Shown: positions 1 through 13,560, numbered from the stretch's first letter. The stretch is DNA of 64,000 bases from the human T2T-CHM13v2.0 reference genome, Homo sapiens (GCF_009914755.1 NC_060938.1), one strand, 5' to 3'. A program made the numbers and translations. Notes: a model not told the origin generated them from the sequence alone.

Positions 1-780
<780 letters not shown>

Positions 781-1312
781 CTGTAAGGTTGCTAGAAAAG
801 GGACATAAAAGTGCTGAGTGTAACTTTGCTAACTGCCTTCCATCCCATCACACTCACTAGAATCAGGTTTTCGTGATTAAACATGTTCCTTGGAATCAAA
901 CTTGTAAAAAAAAAACTAAACTTCTTCCTATTAAAGAATAACGTTAATTGGTGAGTGTATATAAAAGAGGGTTGTATGGCCCATTGACTTTATATAGATT
1001 GAAATGCTAAGTAGGCCCAAGCAAAGCCTCGGTGGGGAAGAGAGGGTTCGCACTCATCAGCTTTATGTCCTCTTTCCTGTTTACAGCCTACCCCTTACAG
1101 TGCTCCAGAACAAGATAAACAGCGTTCTCCTTACTGCTTCCCAAAGAAAGAAAAAAGAAATAGCCCCAAATGCCACAACCCATTTCATTGCTGAGGAATG
1201 TGTTTTGGTCTGCAAACTCTATTTTCCTCCTGATGTATAGGACCAGAAAGCAAGTGACAGTCTTTGGAACTCCGTTGATAACAGAAGTCTCAGGTCCCAG
1301 CTCCCATGCTAC

Positions 1313-2300
1313 CATTCATCCAGTCATCCATTCATTTCTCAAATATTTGTCAATGTCTACAGTATGCCTGGCATTGCTACAGGCACAGGAGATGCATTAA
1401 TGAACCAAGGCCCTGCTTTCAGGAAGCTGATATTCCAGTAAGAACAACAGACTATAACATGTAAACACAGGTGTTATGTGATGCTGGAATTTGTCAGGTA
1501 TGAAGGGAAAGGGCAGGGCAAGATATGGAGTGTGGAGGGACCTGCTATTTCCCATGGACATGGGAAGATCTCACAGCGGCCTGAATACAGGGAGGAGTAA
1601 GTTAGGCTGGGTTCTTCAGAGAAACAGAACCAATAGGATGGAGAGAGAGAGAGAGAATAAGGAGTTGGCTCAAGTGACTGTGGAGGCTGACAAGTCCCAA
1701 GATCTGTACACAGCAAGCTGGAGGCCCGGGAGAGTGGATGATATAGTTGCAGTCCAAAAGCAGGCAGGCTGGAGACCTAAGAGTGGATGTTTCCATCTGA
1801 GTCCAAAGTCTGGAAAAGACGAGTGTCTCACCTCAAGCACTCAGGCATGAGGAGTTTCCTCTTACTCACACTTTTTATTCTATTCAGGCCTTCGGTGGAT
1901 TGGACCAGGCCCCCCTACATGAGGGAGGACAATCTGCTGTGCTCAGTCTACTGATGCAAAATGTGTGTCCCTAAGAATTTCATCCTGAAATATACTCACA
2001 AGTACATCCAGGATAATATCTGAGGAAATGTCTGGGCACCTGGTGACCCAGATGAATTGATGCCTAAAATTAACCATTGCACAGGCAAGGCCTCCAGGCA
2101 TGGAGTATTGTGGGCACAGGAGAGAACAGAGGCAAAGGCCCTCGGGTGGGTCCCTGCTTGGTGTTTTTGAGGAGTGGCCTGGAGGTTGCTGGGTTGGAGA
2201 GCATCATGCCTCAAGAGTAGTGTGGTGAGAGGTGAGGTCCTAAAGGCACATAAGGAGGTGCAGGTCAGGGAAGCCTCTTAGATTTTAGAGAGACTTGATC
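1313..2300 (-). mobile_element. L2 3' fragment split by an MLT2 LTR
   Basis: CATTCATCC...AAATATTTG...GCCTGGCATTG L2 3'-end signature in antisense; similar sequence resumes after 2083. Confidence 0.6.
1600..2083 (-). mobile_element. MLT2 (HERV-L) solo LTR
   Basis: GGGTTCTTCAGAGAAACAGAACCAATAGGA start and AAAATTAACCATTGCACA end match the reverse of the MLT2 consensus termini. Confidence 0.85.
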
Positions 2301-2359
2301 TGCTTCCTGTTTATGCTCCACTTGCCCTGTCCAAACCGCCAGGGAACTTCCAATGCGCG

Positions 2360-2500
2360 AGGTCATTTATTTACCTGGATGTTTGCCTTCCCCACCAGAT
2401 CATGAACCTCAAAGAAAAGGGGCAGAGAACTGGTTCATCTGTGCCTCCAGCCCCTTGTAGGCTGCATAGTAGAAGCATATTATGCGTTGATTGAGTAAAT
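2360..2500 (+). mobile_element. L2 3' end fragment
   Basis: CCCCACCAGATCATGAAC...CATAGTAGAAGC...TTGATTGAGTAAATG resembles the L2 terminus. Confidence 0.5.
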
Positions 2501-2714
2501 GGAAGAAGCCTGTCTTTTGACAGGAGGTATAAAATCTGAATGAAAAAAAAAGTATGGATTTCATTTTTTTTTTCAAAGGTTTTGCAATTGAATCCAATCT
2601 TTAGTCAACTAAATTCAACAAACATTTGTTGCTTACCTTCATTATGCAGGGCATTGTGCTGGATACTGGGGATTCAGAAATGAAAAGCAAAAATAGACAC
2701 ACAATAAACAAACC

Positions 2715-2945
2715 ATGTTATGCCAGTTGCTATACTGAGTGTTTTGCATGTTAACTCTCGTTTGATTCTTGAAATAACCCTCCCTGAGGCGGGTTATATA
2801 TAGATCTATGATGCCCATTATATAATGGGGAGACTGAAGCCCAGAGAGGTTGAGGCAGGAGCTGGTCCAAAATCAACCCCAAAGAAGGCTGAATTCAAAA
2901 TAGGATTGTTCTGACTGTAAAACCTTTCTCTATACTCCACCATGG
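2715..2945 (-). mobile_element. MIR SINE
   Basis: ATAATGGGGAGACTGAAGCCCAGAGAGGTTGAG core in antisense. Confidence 0.6.
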
Positions 2946-3569
2946 TCAGGGACTTTGTGGCGGGATAGAGGAGAGGTGTGGGATGGAGGGAACTATCAGC
3001 ATGACTATAATACAAATCAGGCAATCATAAATGCAAAACTCGGGTCTAAATACATTGCTGGGATGACTCAAGGCAATCTGACTGATCACGTATGGAAATT
3101 AATAGAACGTCTGGGTTGGGCCTTCTGGGTAGAACAGTGATGAGAATGTGTGGGCACAGGAAGCAGCGTGAGTGGCCGGGGCACTCGGGGTTTGGTTGTT
3201 TCTCTCTGCTCCTCTGGAGCCAGTCCCGTCTCGATCTCCCCATTCTCATCCTCTTCTTTTCTGAGGCAAACTTGTCTATTTTCCTTCACACTGTTTCAAT
3301 TGATTTTTAATCTCTTCCTAATTTTGTTAAATTAAAAAAAAACATAGCTTTTTGTTTCTGTAAAAATAAATACTCACTGTGAACATGTGAACAAGGTGGG
3401 GAAAAGCCAAGGAATTGAAACGCATTCCAAATCTCACCCGTGGATAAGCCACTTCCGGTAGCTTGGTGAAGAAGCACGTAAGATACAGGCAACATACACA
3501 GCTCTCCACAAACGTGGTTGTGGCATCTGTGCGCTGCCAGCCAGTTATGCAAACCAGAAGCCAGGAGTC

Positions 3570-4135
3570 AGCTTGAATATACCCTTCTCCCTCCTTTCCC
3601 GTAAGTCCTGTTGATTTGGCTGACTAAATATTTCCTGAGTACATCCTCTTTTCTTTGTCTCCACCACCATCAACAGCAGCAGCCTACATTCCAGTCTTGG
3701 ATCAAGCCCTTGGCCCCCGCATCTGACCGTGCAGTGGGCTTCTAATCGACTTCCCCACCCACTCCTTCCATCCTTGAGTCCGTGCTGCATGCCGCAGGTT
3801 GGAAGGCTCTTCTAATTTCTGAAGTCTGGTCATGCGAGTTTTATGCATAACCCTGACATGCTGCCTCCAGCCCACCCTCTCAGCGGCTCGTCCTGCCACT
3901 TACTTCCACCCCCTGACCCAAGACCCAATCACCACTTCTTGCTGCTCCAGCTGCATTTCTTTTCTTGTGGTTTCTCAAAGACAGCCTGCTCCCCAGCTTC
4001 ACAGGTCCTTGGCACCTGCAATCCCTTTGATTTGCCAGGACCACTATCCCACTCATTCCTTTCAACCAGTGACCTTGACTCCTGCACCAGACATTAATTA
4101 GCTCAAATGCCACCTCTTCCTGGAAGCCTTCCTGG
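3570..4135 (+). mobile_element. L2 fragment
   Basis: Pyrimidine-rich L2 motifs (CTCCACCACCATC, CAAATGCCACCTCTTCCTGGAAGCCTTCC). Confidence 0.55.
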
Positions 4136-4160
4136 ACTTGACAACATCAAGCTCCCAATA

Positions 4161-4536
<376 letters not shown>

Positions 4537-4689
4537 TGAGTTTATATATTTATATGAAGATTTGATTGGCCACGAAACCGTGATAAGCTCCTCCACATTC
4601 ATTGTGTCCTTAACAACTGGCACAAGGGCAGACATGTGAACTGTTGCCCAGAAAATATCTGTTAAATAAACAACTAAATAAGGGTTCTG

Positions 4690-5960
4690 TGGCTGCCCTA
4701 TTCACTCATAAAATGTCATGAACATCTTTTCAAATCTGTGTGTGTGTGTGTGTGTGTGTGCACGTGTGCACGCAAATGGCTGCCCAAGATTTAACTGTAA
4801 GCACCAGAGTCATTGACTTCACAGTCCATCTACTACCACCGGACTATTTCCAGTTTTTCCCTGTGATCAACAGCAATGTGATTAATATCCTTTGGTGTGA
4901 AGTGTTTTTTTTTTGTTTTGTTTTGCTTTTTTTTTGTTTGTTTGTTTTTTCAAATTTTGTATTCCTTTCCAGAAGACACATTTCTAGAAGCCAGCTTTCT
5001 TGGTCAGAGGAGGATAGGGGCATCTTCTATTTTGATGTATTTGGCCCTCCAGGAAGGTTCTAGTGAGGTACACTCCTCTGCTTCCAAATCCTCACCAAAA
5101 AACAAGTTTCCCTTGTTCCTTTAAACTTGGTCAGTCTGAAAGTTGGGAAGGAAAATTTCTATTGTTTTTATTTGTATTTATTTGATCATTAGTGTGATTA
5201 TTTAAACATTCTCTTAACGGCTAATTGGTTTTCTTTATTTTGTGAGTTCCTTTGTTCTGATTATTTGACCAGTTTCCTACCGGGAAGTGTTTATTTTTCT
5301 TTTCTTATTGACTTTTAAGACCTGTTTGCATGTTAGGAATATTACCTTTGTTTGTGATACGTGTGTTTTCTTTAATTTTTAGGTAGATAAATTTATTAGT
5401 CTTTTTGGTGATAATTTTAAAAAATAACATGATTGAAAGAGGCTTTTCAACTCAAAAGCTATGGGGAAAAAGAGAAAAGAAAAAAAAAGGTTATCTTTTT
5501 GTGTTCCATTTTTTTCATTATTTTTTTCCATCTGGAATGTCTTTTGGTGTAAGGACTGTGGTGGGAACCTAGCTAGGCCCTTTGCGTGGCTCCCGGGGCA
5601 TCTATCCTACTGCTCTCCAGAGAGGTCTGTTTTCTGCTTCCTTGGAGTAGAGCCGCTTTCCTCACAGGCAGAAATCCAGTGTATGTCCTTGGGTCTATTT
5701 CTGAATCCTCAATGCTGCTCTACTCACTTGACTTCCATTCCGGGTTCAGCACCTCAATTTTAATTACTGAAATCATATCATAAAACATGAGTGAAAATTC
5801 TTCCTCATTGTCCTTTCTCCTTTCTCCAGAATTATCTTTGCAATCCTTGAGTGTTTATACATACAGATACACTTAAGAACTATTTTGTCAAAAGCAAAAT
5901 AGGTGGCGATTTTGATGGAAATAGTCTCACTTTTCAGAGGATTGTTTCACAAGAACCTCA
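4690..5960 (-). mobile_element. Old L1M/L1ME fragment containing (TG)n at about 4737-4759
   Basis: T-rich antisense L1M-like sequence, highly diverged. Confidence 0.5.
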
Positions 5961-5974
5961 TTACAATTATCACC

Positions 5975-6414
5975 TGTTATGAGTTGACTGGTTTCCCCTG
6001 TCCTCCCAAATTTATATGTTGAAGTCTGAACCCTGTGTACCTCGGTGTGTGACCTTATTTGGATTTAGGGTCTTTGCAGAGATAATCAGGTTAAAATGAG
6101 GTCATTCAAGTGGACCCTACTCCAATATGACTGGTGTTCTCATGAAAAGGAGATATTTGAATACAGAGACATGCACACGGAAGAATGCCATGTGAAGATG
6201 GAGGCAGAGATTGGGGTGATGCTTCTACAAATCAAGGAACTACAAAGATTGCCAGCTACCACCAGAAGCTAGGAGAGAGGCATGACACAGATCCTCCCTC
6301 ACAGCCTCAGAAGACCAATCCTGCTGACACCTTGATCTCAAACTTCTGGCATCTAGAATTGTGAGACACCTAATCAGTGACACTTTGTTACGGGAACTCT
6401 AGCAAACCAATGCA
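5975..6414 (+). mobile_element. MLT1C-like MaLR solo LTR
   Basis: TGTTATGAGTTGA... start; GAAGATGGAGGCAGAGATTGGGGTGATG and CACCAGAAGCTAGGAGAGAGGCATG internal matches; ends ...AAACCAATGCA. Confidence 0.88.
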
Positions 6415-7869
6415 GCATCATTCACGCTTTCCTTCCTCCATGACTTTGAGGTTACTAAGGATGAAGGGTTGGGTCCCCTTTATCTCCCAGCAGAGTGCCT
6501 GGCACATCATTGGTGCCTATTACACATTGCAGGAATGGGAATGGATTAATGAATGGGATGAAGTCCCATCACCATGAGATGTAAAGATTCAGGGCTGCTT
6601 CTCTTCCACACCTTCTTTTCTTCCTATGTGGCTACAGAAATGGAAGTGATGCTCATTGGGGCTGCTAGAGATCTCTTTTTTTCCATTCATTCTTAGCCCT
6701 CGCTTGGGTTTCAGTGGCTTGAGGGCATCTCATCCAAACTTCTGAGTGAACACATTCATTTCTTGTCATGGCAAGCATGCAATGGAGATTGAGACAGTGA
6801 CAGCTTTAGAGACCTTCTCATCATCCAGGTACTGGGAGAAATGAGTTTCATGGAAGTAATTTCTTTCTGCATCTCTTTCACAAATCATCTCATTGAATTA
6901 TTTGAGTTAAACACAGCTTGCAGTGTAAGAATGGATCTGTTTGGTAAGACTGTGTTACAAATGGTAAAAATTATTTTTCTAATTATACCGTACCTCCAAT
7001 GTATAAGATGTGATTCATGTATAATCATCGTTTTAATGTTTTATTCCTTCCACAGGAAAAAAAGTGATGGGAATAAAATATCAATATTCTCCTTAAAATT
7101 GACAGTTTGTACTGACATGTAATTTAAGTGAAAGATGAGATATCAATTAAAAGAGGATGATACGACATTTTGCTCCTTTTTTCTCATTTTTTTGTTGAGA
7201 GAGAGTAAAAGAGATGTTTGAACTTTTTATTTCCTCATTCGGTTAGAAAAAGCCAGTGTAATCCTGGTGTACATTAAAATGGATGTAAGAGCAGGTGAGA
7301 TACTATATTTAAAAATAGTTTTATTTATTGTATGATATATTATCCAAAAAAATTGTAGTCCTTCAAGTAAAAGATTCATAACTGGTGAATCATTCCAGTC
7401 TATTTCATTTTCAAATGACAGTAATTTGTAATAAATAAGTAAATAACATTTTAGTATGTTGGTCATTCTATAAAGGGCTCTGCAAGGCTTAAAGCTCCAT
7501 GTGTATCCAGGATATACCATGTGGATTAGAGAGGGTGAATTTAGGGGCTTGGAAGTACGTGAAATTTTAGAGGCCATTTCCTGAAAGAATTCTCTGGGCC
7601 AACACTTCCCCACTTAATTTAGCTAGGGTGTTTAAAAATCACGTTAGTCTTAATTTGCTGGATCAAGTAGTGCAAAATGAGAGTTGTAACATATATATCC
7701 CGAGCAGACAGGAAATTTTTATTTCTGGAATTCATTTTGTTTAAATGTTAATTTTAGTTATACATTTTCCCTGGTGTCTAAATCAATTTCTGCTACAGCG
7801 GAAACCTAATACATGTTTTACAAACCAATGAAGAAATGAATGAGCAATGAGATAAATGATTGAATAAAA

Positions 7870-8310
7870 ATAGATGGATGGATGGATGGATGGGGGGATG
7901 GATAGCTGGGTGGATGGAGGAGTGGGTGGATGAATGAGTGGATGGATGGATGGATGGGTGGATGGATGGATGAATGGATGGATGTGTAAATGGATAGATG
8001 GATGGTGGATAGATGGGTGGATGGACAAGTAAATGGATGGATGGACGGGTAGATGGATGGATGGATGAATGGATGGATGGGTGTGTGGATGGACAGATGG
8101 ATGGATGAATGAACAAATAGATGGATGGATGTGTGGATGAATGGATAGATGTGTGGATGAATGGATAGATGTGTGGATGAGAAGAGGAATGGATGGATGG
8201 ATGCATGGATGGATGAATAGATGGGTAGATAGATGGATGGGTGGATACATGAGTAGGTGGGTTGACTGATTAATTGATGGATTAATATAGGGTTTGATGG
8301 TAGATGAATG
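7870..8310. repeat. Degenerate (GGAT)n/(TGGA)n tandem repeat
   Basis: About 440 bp of GGAT/GGGT/AGAT units, with an internal 20-bp repeat ATGGATAGATGTGTGGATGA at about 8121-8180. Confidence 0.95.
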
Positions 8311-8702
8311 GTGAAGTTCCCAAGTCCAGAGATAGAATAAATAATTTTGCACAGAGGCTTCTCCACCTTGGGGAGTGGCTGTCATATTTGGGTTTGAGCA
8401 AAAACAATGTGGTATGCAGAAAGAAAAGCTCAGAAAGTTTCTCCTGATCCACCTTCTCCTTCACCCAACTCCTCTCCTTTGGATCCCTCCTTTGTGCTTC
8501 AGGCTGCCCACAGGCCTGAACTCTGCCATTGCTTCTGACTGGCTAAATTGTAACTCTCTGTTGTGATTTTTTCCTCCTCCAGGCTCTGAGCTCCTGGAGA
8601 GCCAGGCCCTTCTGCCTTAACCACTGTGTATTCCCTTTGCCTTGTCCAGTGCCTGGCATGCAGGCATGGCTCAAAAGATAGTCCTGCAAAGCCTCAGGTA
8701 GA

Positions 8703-8794
8703 GTCAGACAATGGAGAGTCCCAGTCCTGGCTTCCTCATTCACCAGCTCTCTCACTTTGGGTGAATTACTTGATTTATCTAATCTCCTGGAGAT
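8703..8794 (+). repeat. Copy 1 of a 92-bp local duplication (MIR-derived)
   Basis: 86/92 identical, ungapped, to 10124-10215. Confidence 0.9.
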
Positions 8795-9184
8795 GCATCT
8801 ACTTAAAACACTTTGTGCTTAGCACACAGAAAGCTCAATAAATGTGATCTAGTTGTTTAAATAAATACCAGGTATTTTTACAACGATGGCCATCGTCTGG
8901 GAATAAATGTCCTTGAAGTCTTCTTGTCTGAACTTTATGTTTCAGGAATCAGCATTGTGATTCCTTCTGCACTCCTTTCATTTGGCAAGCACTCAGCACG
9001 GCAGCATCCCTGATCTCATGTAGAGTCCAGGTGAGATCAAGGCAGCAGAACAAACAGGAGAGAGGTGCTTCACTGTACCACCATTGCTCCTCAGAATAAA
9101 ATCCAGCACCTTCATACCAAGCGATTGGCAGCTTTCCTTCTGGCTGGAGATGAGGAAGTCACAATAAGGTTGTTTTTGAGACCA

Positions 9185-9365
9185 CTGGAATCAGATGGTT
9201 GAGTTTATATCCCAGTGTTGTCACTTATAGGCTCAAGATCCTGGAGCCTCAGTTTCTCATCTGTGCAAGGGGGCTAATAAAAGTCCCCACTTCATATATC
9301 TGTTCATTGGACTAAATAAGCCAGTGCTTATTTGCCTTATGCTAAATACTCAATAAATGTCAAAA
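9185..9365 (+). mobile_element. MIR SINE
   Basis: GAGCCTCAGTTTCTCATCTGTGCAAGGGGGCTAATAA core; ends CTCAATAAATGT. Confidence 0.75.
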
Positions 9366-9569
9366 GTAATGATGATGATGATGCTGATGATGCTGATTAG
9401 AGTTAATATTTAGTGAGCACTTTCAGACTCAAGTCTTAGAATAAGCTAGGATAGAATGTATCTCCAGTGTAGGTCATAACAGAATAAAGCCCTAAATTTG
9501 ATGGGCACCCAGCTTTGCCTGCTGTCCTGGAAGCATTTGGAATTAACCATTATCATGCAGACATATCCC

Positions 9570-9742
9570 TTTTTTTTTTTTTTTAGAGATGGAATCTTGC
9601 TATGTTGCCCAGGCTGAAGTACAGGGGCTATACACAGGCATGGTAATAGGGCACTACAGCCTTGAGCTCTGGGGCTTAGGCAATACTCCTGCCTCAGCCT
9701 CCTGAGTAGCTGGGACTACAGGTACTGCCAGCATGCCCAGAC
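9570..9742 (-). mobile_element. FAM (fossil Alu monomer)
   Basis: Reverse strand has GGCTGTAGTGCCCTATTACCATGCCTGTGTATAGCCC, the 7SL-like segment retained in FAM; poly(T); TSD AGACA(T/C)ATC. Confidence 0.85.
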
Positions 9743-10123
9743 AGACACATCTTTTGAGGCATGTCAGGCTCACAGTAGGTGCTCAATAAATGTTAATTAC
9801 TATTAATAAGAATAATAAGAGCAAGGTACAGGATTAATGATGAATAATATGGGGTCCCTGATAACAAAGAACTCAGACTGTGAGGGAGCTGAACCACATG
9901 CCCTTGTAAGATAATGTGCAATTGGAAGCAGGCAGTGTCTTAAGAGAGGAATCTGGAAGAGGATTCTCTGGAGTTGGGATGGGGGTGTCTTTCAGGTCAT
10001 GGTGTCAGAGAAGCTTCCTGGGTGGCATGACATTAGAGTTAGTCCTTGAAGGAAGGTGAAATTATACAGAACAGAGTGGGAGGAAAGGACAGCGTGGGCA
10101 GAGGAAACATCAGTGGTCAAGGT

Positions 10124-10215
10124 GTCAGACAAGGGGGAGTCCCTGTCCTAGCTTCCTCATTCACCAGCTCTCTCACTTTGGATGAATTACTCGATTTATC
10201 TAATCTCCTGGAGAT
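10124..10215 (+). repeat. Copy 2 of the 92-bp local duplication
   Basis: Matches 8703-8794; abuts the end of an L2 fragment (about 9830-10120). Confidence 0.9.
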
Positions 10216-10272
10216 TAGAGAAGTTCACACATGGTGCCGACCTTGACTCTGTACTAGAATCAAAGCAATATA

Positions 10273-10432
10273 AACTGGGTGTGGTGGCTCATGCCTGTAA
10301 TCCCAATACATCGGGAAGCTGAGGTGGGAGGATTGCTTGAACCCAGGAGTTTGAGGCTGCAGTGAACTATGATGGAGCTATTGCACTCCAGCCTGGGGGT
10401 CACAGAGTGAGACCCTGTCTCTCTAAGAAAAA
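10273..10432 (+). mobile_element. Alu monomer (FRAM-like)
   Basis: Single right-arm-type monomer with A tail; 11-bp TSD AAAGCAATATA (10262-10272, 10433-10443). Confidence 0.88.
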
Positions 10433-10637
10433 AAAGCAATATACAGATTTTATGCACCACCCCATGCAAGGAGGAGATGTCTTGCAAATCACATACTAAT
10501 GGGAAAAGTGACTTTTGCAATGTGTAACAAAATATCAAATTTACTTTCTATATAAAGAGCTGGGAGAAATCAAGAAGAAAAAAGGACCCCTAATATTCTG
10601 TAACAATAATCAGAAACGTGTAAATGCAATCTGCAGC

Positions 10638-10814
10638 CAGGGCCAGTTTTCCAGGAATGTGACCTGACAGTCACACAGGACTCTGTGCTTAGAAAGGTCC
10701 TGGGCTTGGTTTAACGCTTTGCTGTGACCATCTTGAAATTCTTAATGACTTTTGAACAAGGGGTGTCTACACTTTCATTTGATTTGAGCCCTGCATGTTA
10801 TGTAGCTAGTTCTG
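10638..10814 (+). mobile_element. MER91A hAT-Tip100 MITE
   Basis: CAGGGCCAG...ATCTTGAAATTCTTAATGACTTTTGAACAAGGGG...TATGTAGCTAGTTCTG; 8-bp TSD TCTGCAGC/TCTGCAGT typical of hAT elements. Confidence 0.85.
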
Positions 10815-11489
10815 TCTGCAGTGAAGACACACAGAGAGACAACGTGTATATATCAAGGAATCTCAACTTCATTGTTAAGCGAGGGGATAATAATTGAATT
10901 TAGACTGCTAATTTATATGTATCAAATTGGTTAAACGATGTCACTGCAGACAAGGGTGTCAATGAGACACACCCAAGTTAGAAACTTCTGGTGGATTCTA
11001 AGTTGTCTCAGCATCCTGATCCACTCTCTACTTACTCATGGGCTTAGTTGAAGGCTTCCTATTCCTCTGGGCTGCACCTTCTAAAACCACATCCTCATAT
11101 GCTCTGACCACTGGAAAAGCCCTTTCATTTTCTACCCACATCCTCATGTTTCTGGACTATTCTTCCCACAGAGGCTATACCCCTGACTCCCTTCCTGCAG
11201 CCAGGCTATAGCTTTACTCGCTCCCTCAACCAGCCTCATAACTTGGGACCCTAACTCTGAGCCAAGATTCTGGGTCCCTGACATACTTAAGACCTCAAAA
11301 TCAGGTCTGTCATTTACAATAAGAGACTATCTCCACCACCTTTGAGATTTGAAGCTTTGCACAAATGTATGAGGTTTGGACTCTTTCAGCTGCAACTGAC
11401 AGAAAATAAACGCAAAATAGTTTAAGGAGGAAAAAAAGAGAAAATTTATTGGCAATAGAAAAACTCCCAAGATGTCAATTAGCCATCAG

Positions 11490-11605
11490 ACACACACACA
11501 CACTCTCTCTTACACACAAACATATATATACACACATATGCACACACACATTACACACATATGCAAACACAGATACATACATATGCAGCCATAAACACAT
11601 ACATG
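11490..11605. repeat. Degenerate (CA)/(TA) microsatellite
   Basis: Directly visible. Confidence 0.85.
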
Positions 11606-12149
11606 TAAATGTGGATATTCATTGCAAGATTGTTTCTGGTATGAACAGGTTAAATATCCAACAGCAAGGGATATTTCCAATTAATTGCTGAATATCCTTA
11701 TCATCAAATACAATACTTATTAAACATCAAGTTTTCAGAGGGTGATAATAGTTAATAATAATGATGAGGGCTAATGTTCTAACATTTATTGAGCACCTGT
11801 TATATGTCAGGCACTGTTCTAAGTACTTTGCTCAAAATAACTCCTTCAGCTTAGGATTTTTAAGAATATGTAAGGATGTGACAAAAGGCTTACACTGTAT
11901 TGCTTAGTGGAAAAAAACAACAACAACAACAGAATTAACAGAATTGTTTTTACACAGAGATTTCAGGTTTGTCATATGTATTTCTTATATCTGTTATATA
12001 TTATATATATACAGAAAAAATAAACCAACATATTTATTCTATTAGGGGGATTATATCTGGGTGTTTAGATTGCAGGATATTTTGATTTTTTCTTTATTTT
12101 ATTCTATATTTTACAAATTATCTGTCATGTATATAAAGTATATTATTTT

Positions 12150-12560
12150 TATGATTATTAGAAAGCTAAGCATTGTTGGCATGGAAGTAGGATGAAGAGT
12201 TACTTGGCTTGTTTTGGGATAACTTAAAAGAAAAGAGAAATAAAATTGAATCCATGGCTTGTAACTAAAACATAGAGGGTCCAGAATGTCCGAGAACATT
12301 CTATTTTATTTGAAAAGCAATAGGGAACCATTGAATGTTTGTGAGAGAGGTAGTGACAAATGCAGATTTAAAAGATCCTAAAGCCGACAGCATTGAGAAT
12401 GCAGTCAAATCAAAAATGGGAGTCAAGAGGGCCTGACAAAGGGACAGAGGCCTTAAGTTTAGTAATAGTAGGGAGAGTAGGGGGGCCTGGCGGTGCACAT
12501 GATATGAGGAAATGGCATCCACAGGATCTGGCAGCTAGTTAAATGATGGAATTCAGAGAA
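12150..12560 (-). mobile_element. L2 fragment
   Basis: AAAGCAATAGGGAACCATTGAATGTTTG...CACAGGATCTGGCAGCTAGTTAAAT antisense L2 motifs. Confidence 0.55.
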
Positions 12561-12624
12561 CAGTCTTGTTACGCAGGCAGTGCGTCTCCAACCACGCGGG
12601 AACGATTCTCAGCGCGGCTGCTTT

Positions 12625-12677
12625 AAAAAAAAAAAAGAAAAAAGAAAAAGAAAAAGAAGAAGAAGAAAAGAAAAAAG
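12625..12677. repeat. A/GA-rich low-complexity tract
   Basis: Poly(A) followed by GAAAAA/GAA units. Confidence 0.9.
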
Positions 12678-13521
12678 CAAGCAGGAGGCCAGGATGCTCT
12701 ACGGGGTTCACGCAGATGCAGGGTGGAATGGAGGCAGAAGGAGAAGCCTCAAGAGGGAGAGGAAGGCATGCAACTGATGGAGGGTTTTGTTATCTTTTTC
12801 CTCTTTTTTTGTCTGCTGCCCACAGAGACTTCACAAAGCATCTTAGACTTTACATATTCCAAGTTCCAGTTTGGTTTTCTGTGGATGCCCACTGTAGACT
12901 CTTCAAAAGTTCTTCCATTAATACCACGTCTTGAAATCTGCTACGAGTGTTTAGTCCATGCGGGCAGCTCAGTATTATTCTCAGCTTTGGGATATGGAAC
13001 AGCAGTCACGTTTTCACCCAAAGGAGGGTGATCACAATTTTGTGTTTGGGAATTTGGAAAGGAGGAAAAAAAAATGACTTTCTTCTCAGATGAGTGTTTT
13101 TGCAAACAACGAAGCAAACTTCACTCAATTATAAAAATGTAAAAATGCTTCACCCTTGACAGCAGAGGCTCAAGCAAGCCACAACTCTCCCAGCTTTAAA
13201 AGGAGAGTCGTCCCTGCCCTGTCACTAACATGCAGTTTTGGGTTAGTTGCTTCACTATCCTGGGGCTTGTTTTTGTGACCTATAGAATAAGACAACAGGA
13301 GAGTCTCCCCTCTGAATGGTTGAGAGGATTAAACCAGCCACCACTTGCAAAAGGCACAAAACTTACCTACACATCGTAAGCATTGAACAAATGCTAGTTC
13401 TTTCTGTGTTTGCTGTCATAACCATTATCATTTTTCCCAGCCTAATTTTTGCCTTCATCTACAAAGCCTTCTCTGAACACTCTGATTCACAGATATCTTT
13501 CTTCATGCTGAACGGTTATCA

Positions 13522-13560
13522 CACTATTAAGTGTGACTATTAAGTGTCACTATTAAGTGA
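13522..13560. repeat. 3 x 13-bp tandem repeat (C/G)ACTATTAAGTG(T/A)
   Basis: Units at 13522-13534, 13535-13547 and 13548-13560. Confidence 0.9.

Noticed and set aside
7783-8385. ORFs of 137-200 aa rich in H/P/S/I
   Set aside because: Translation of the (ATCC)n strand of a microsatellite; open in all three frames because the repeat lacks stop codons
12566-12934. 122-aa ORF with a K/E-rich stretch
   Set aside because: The K/E run comes from the A/GA tract; non-ATG start; no domain or splice context
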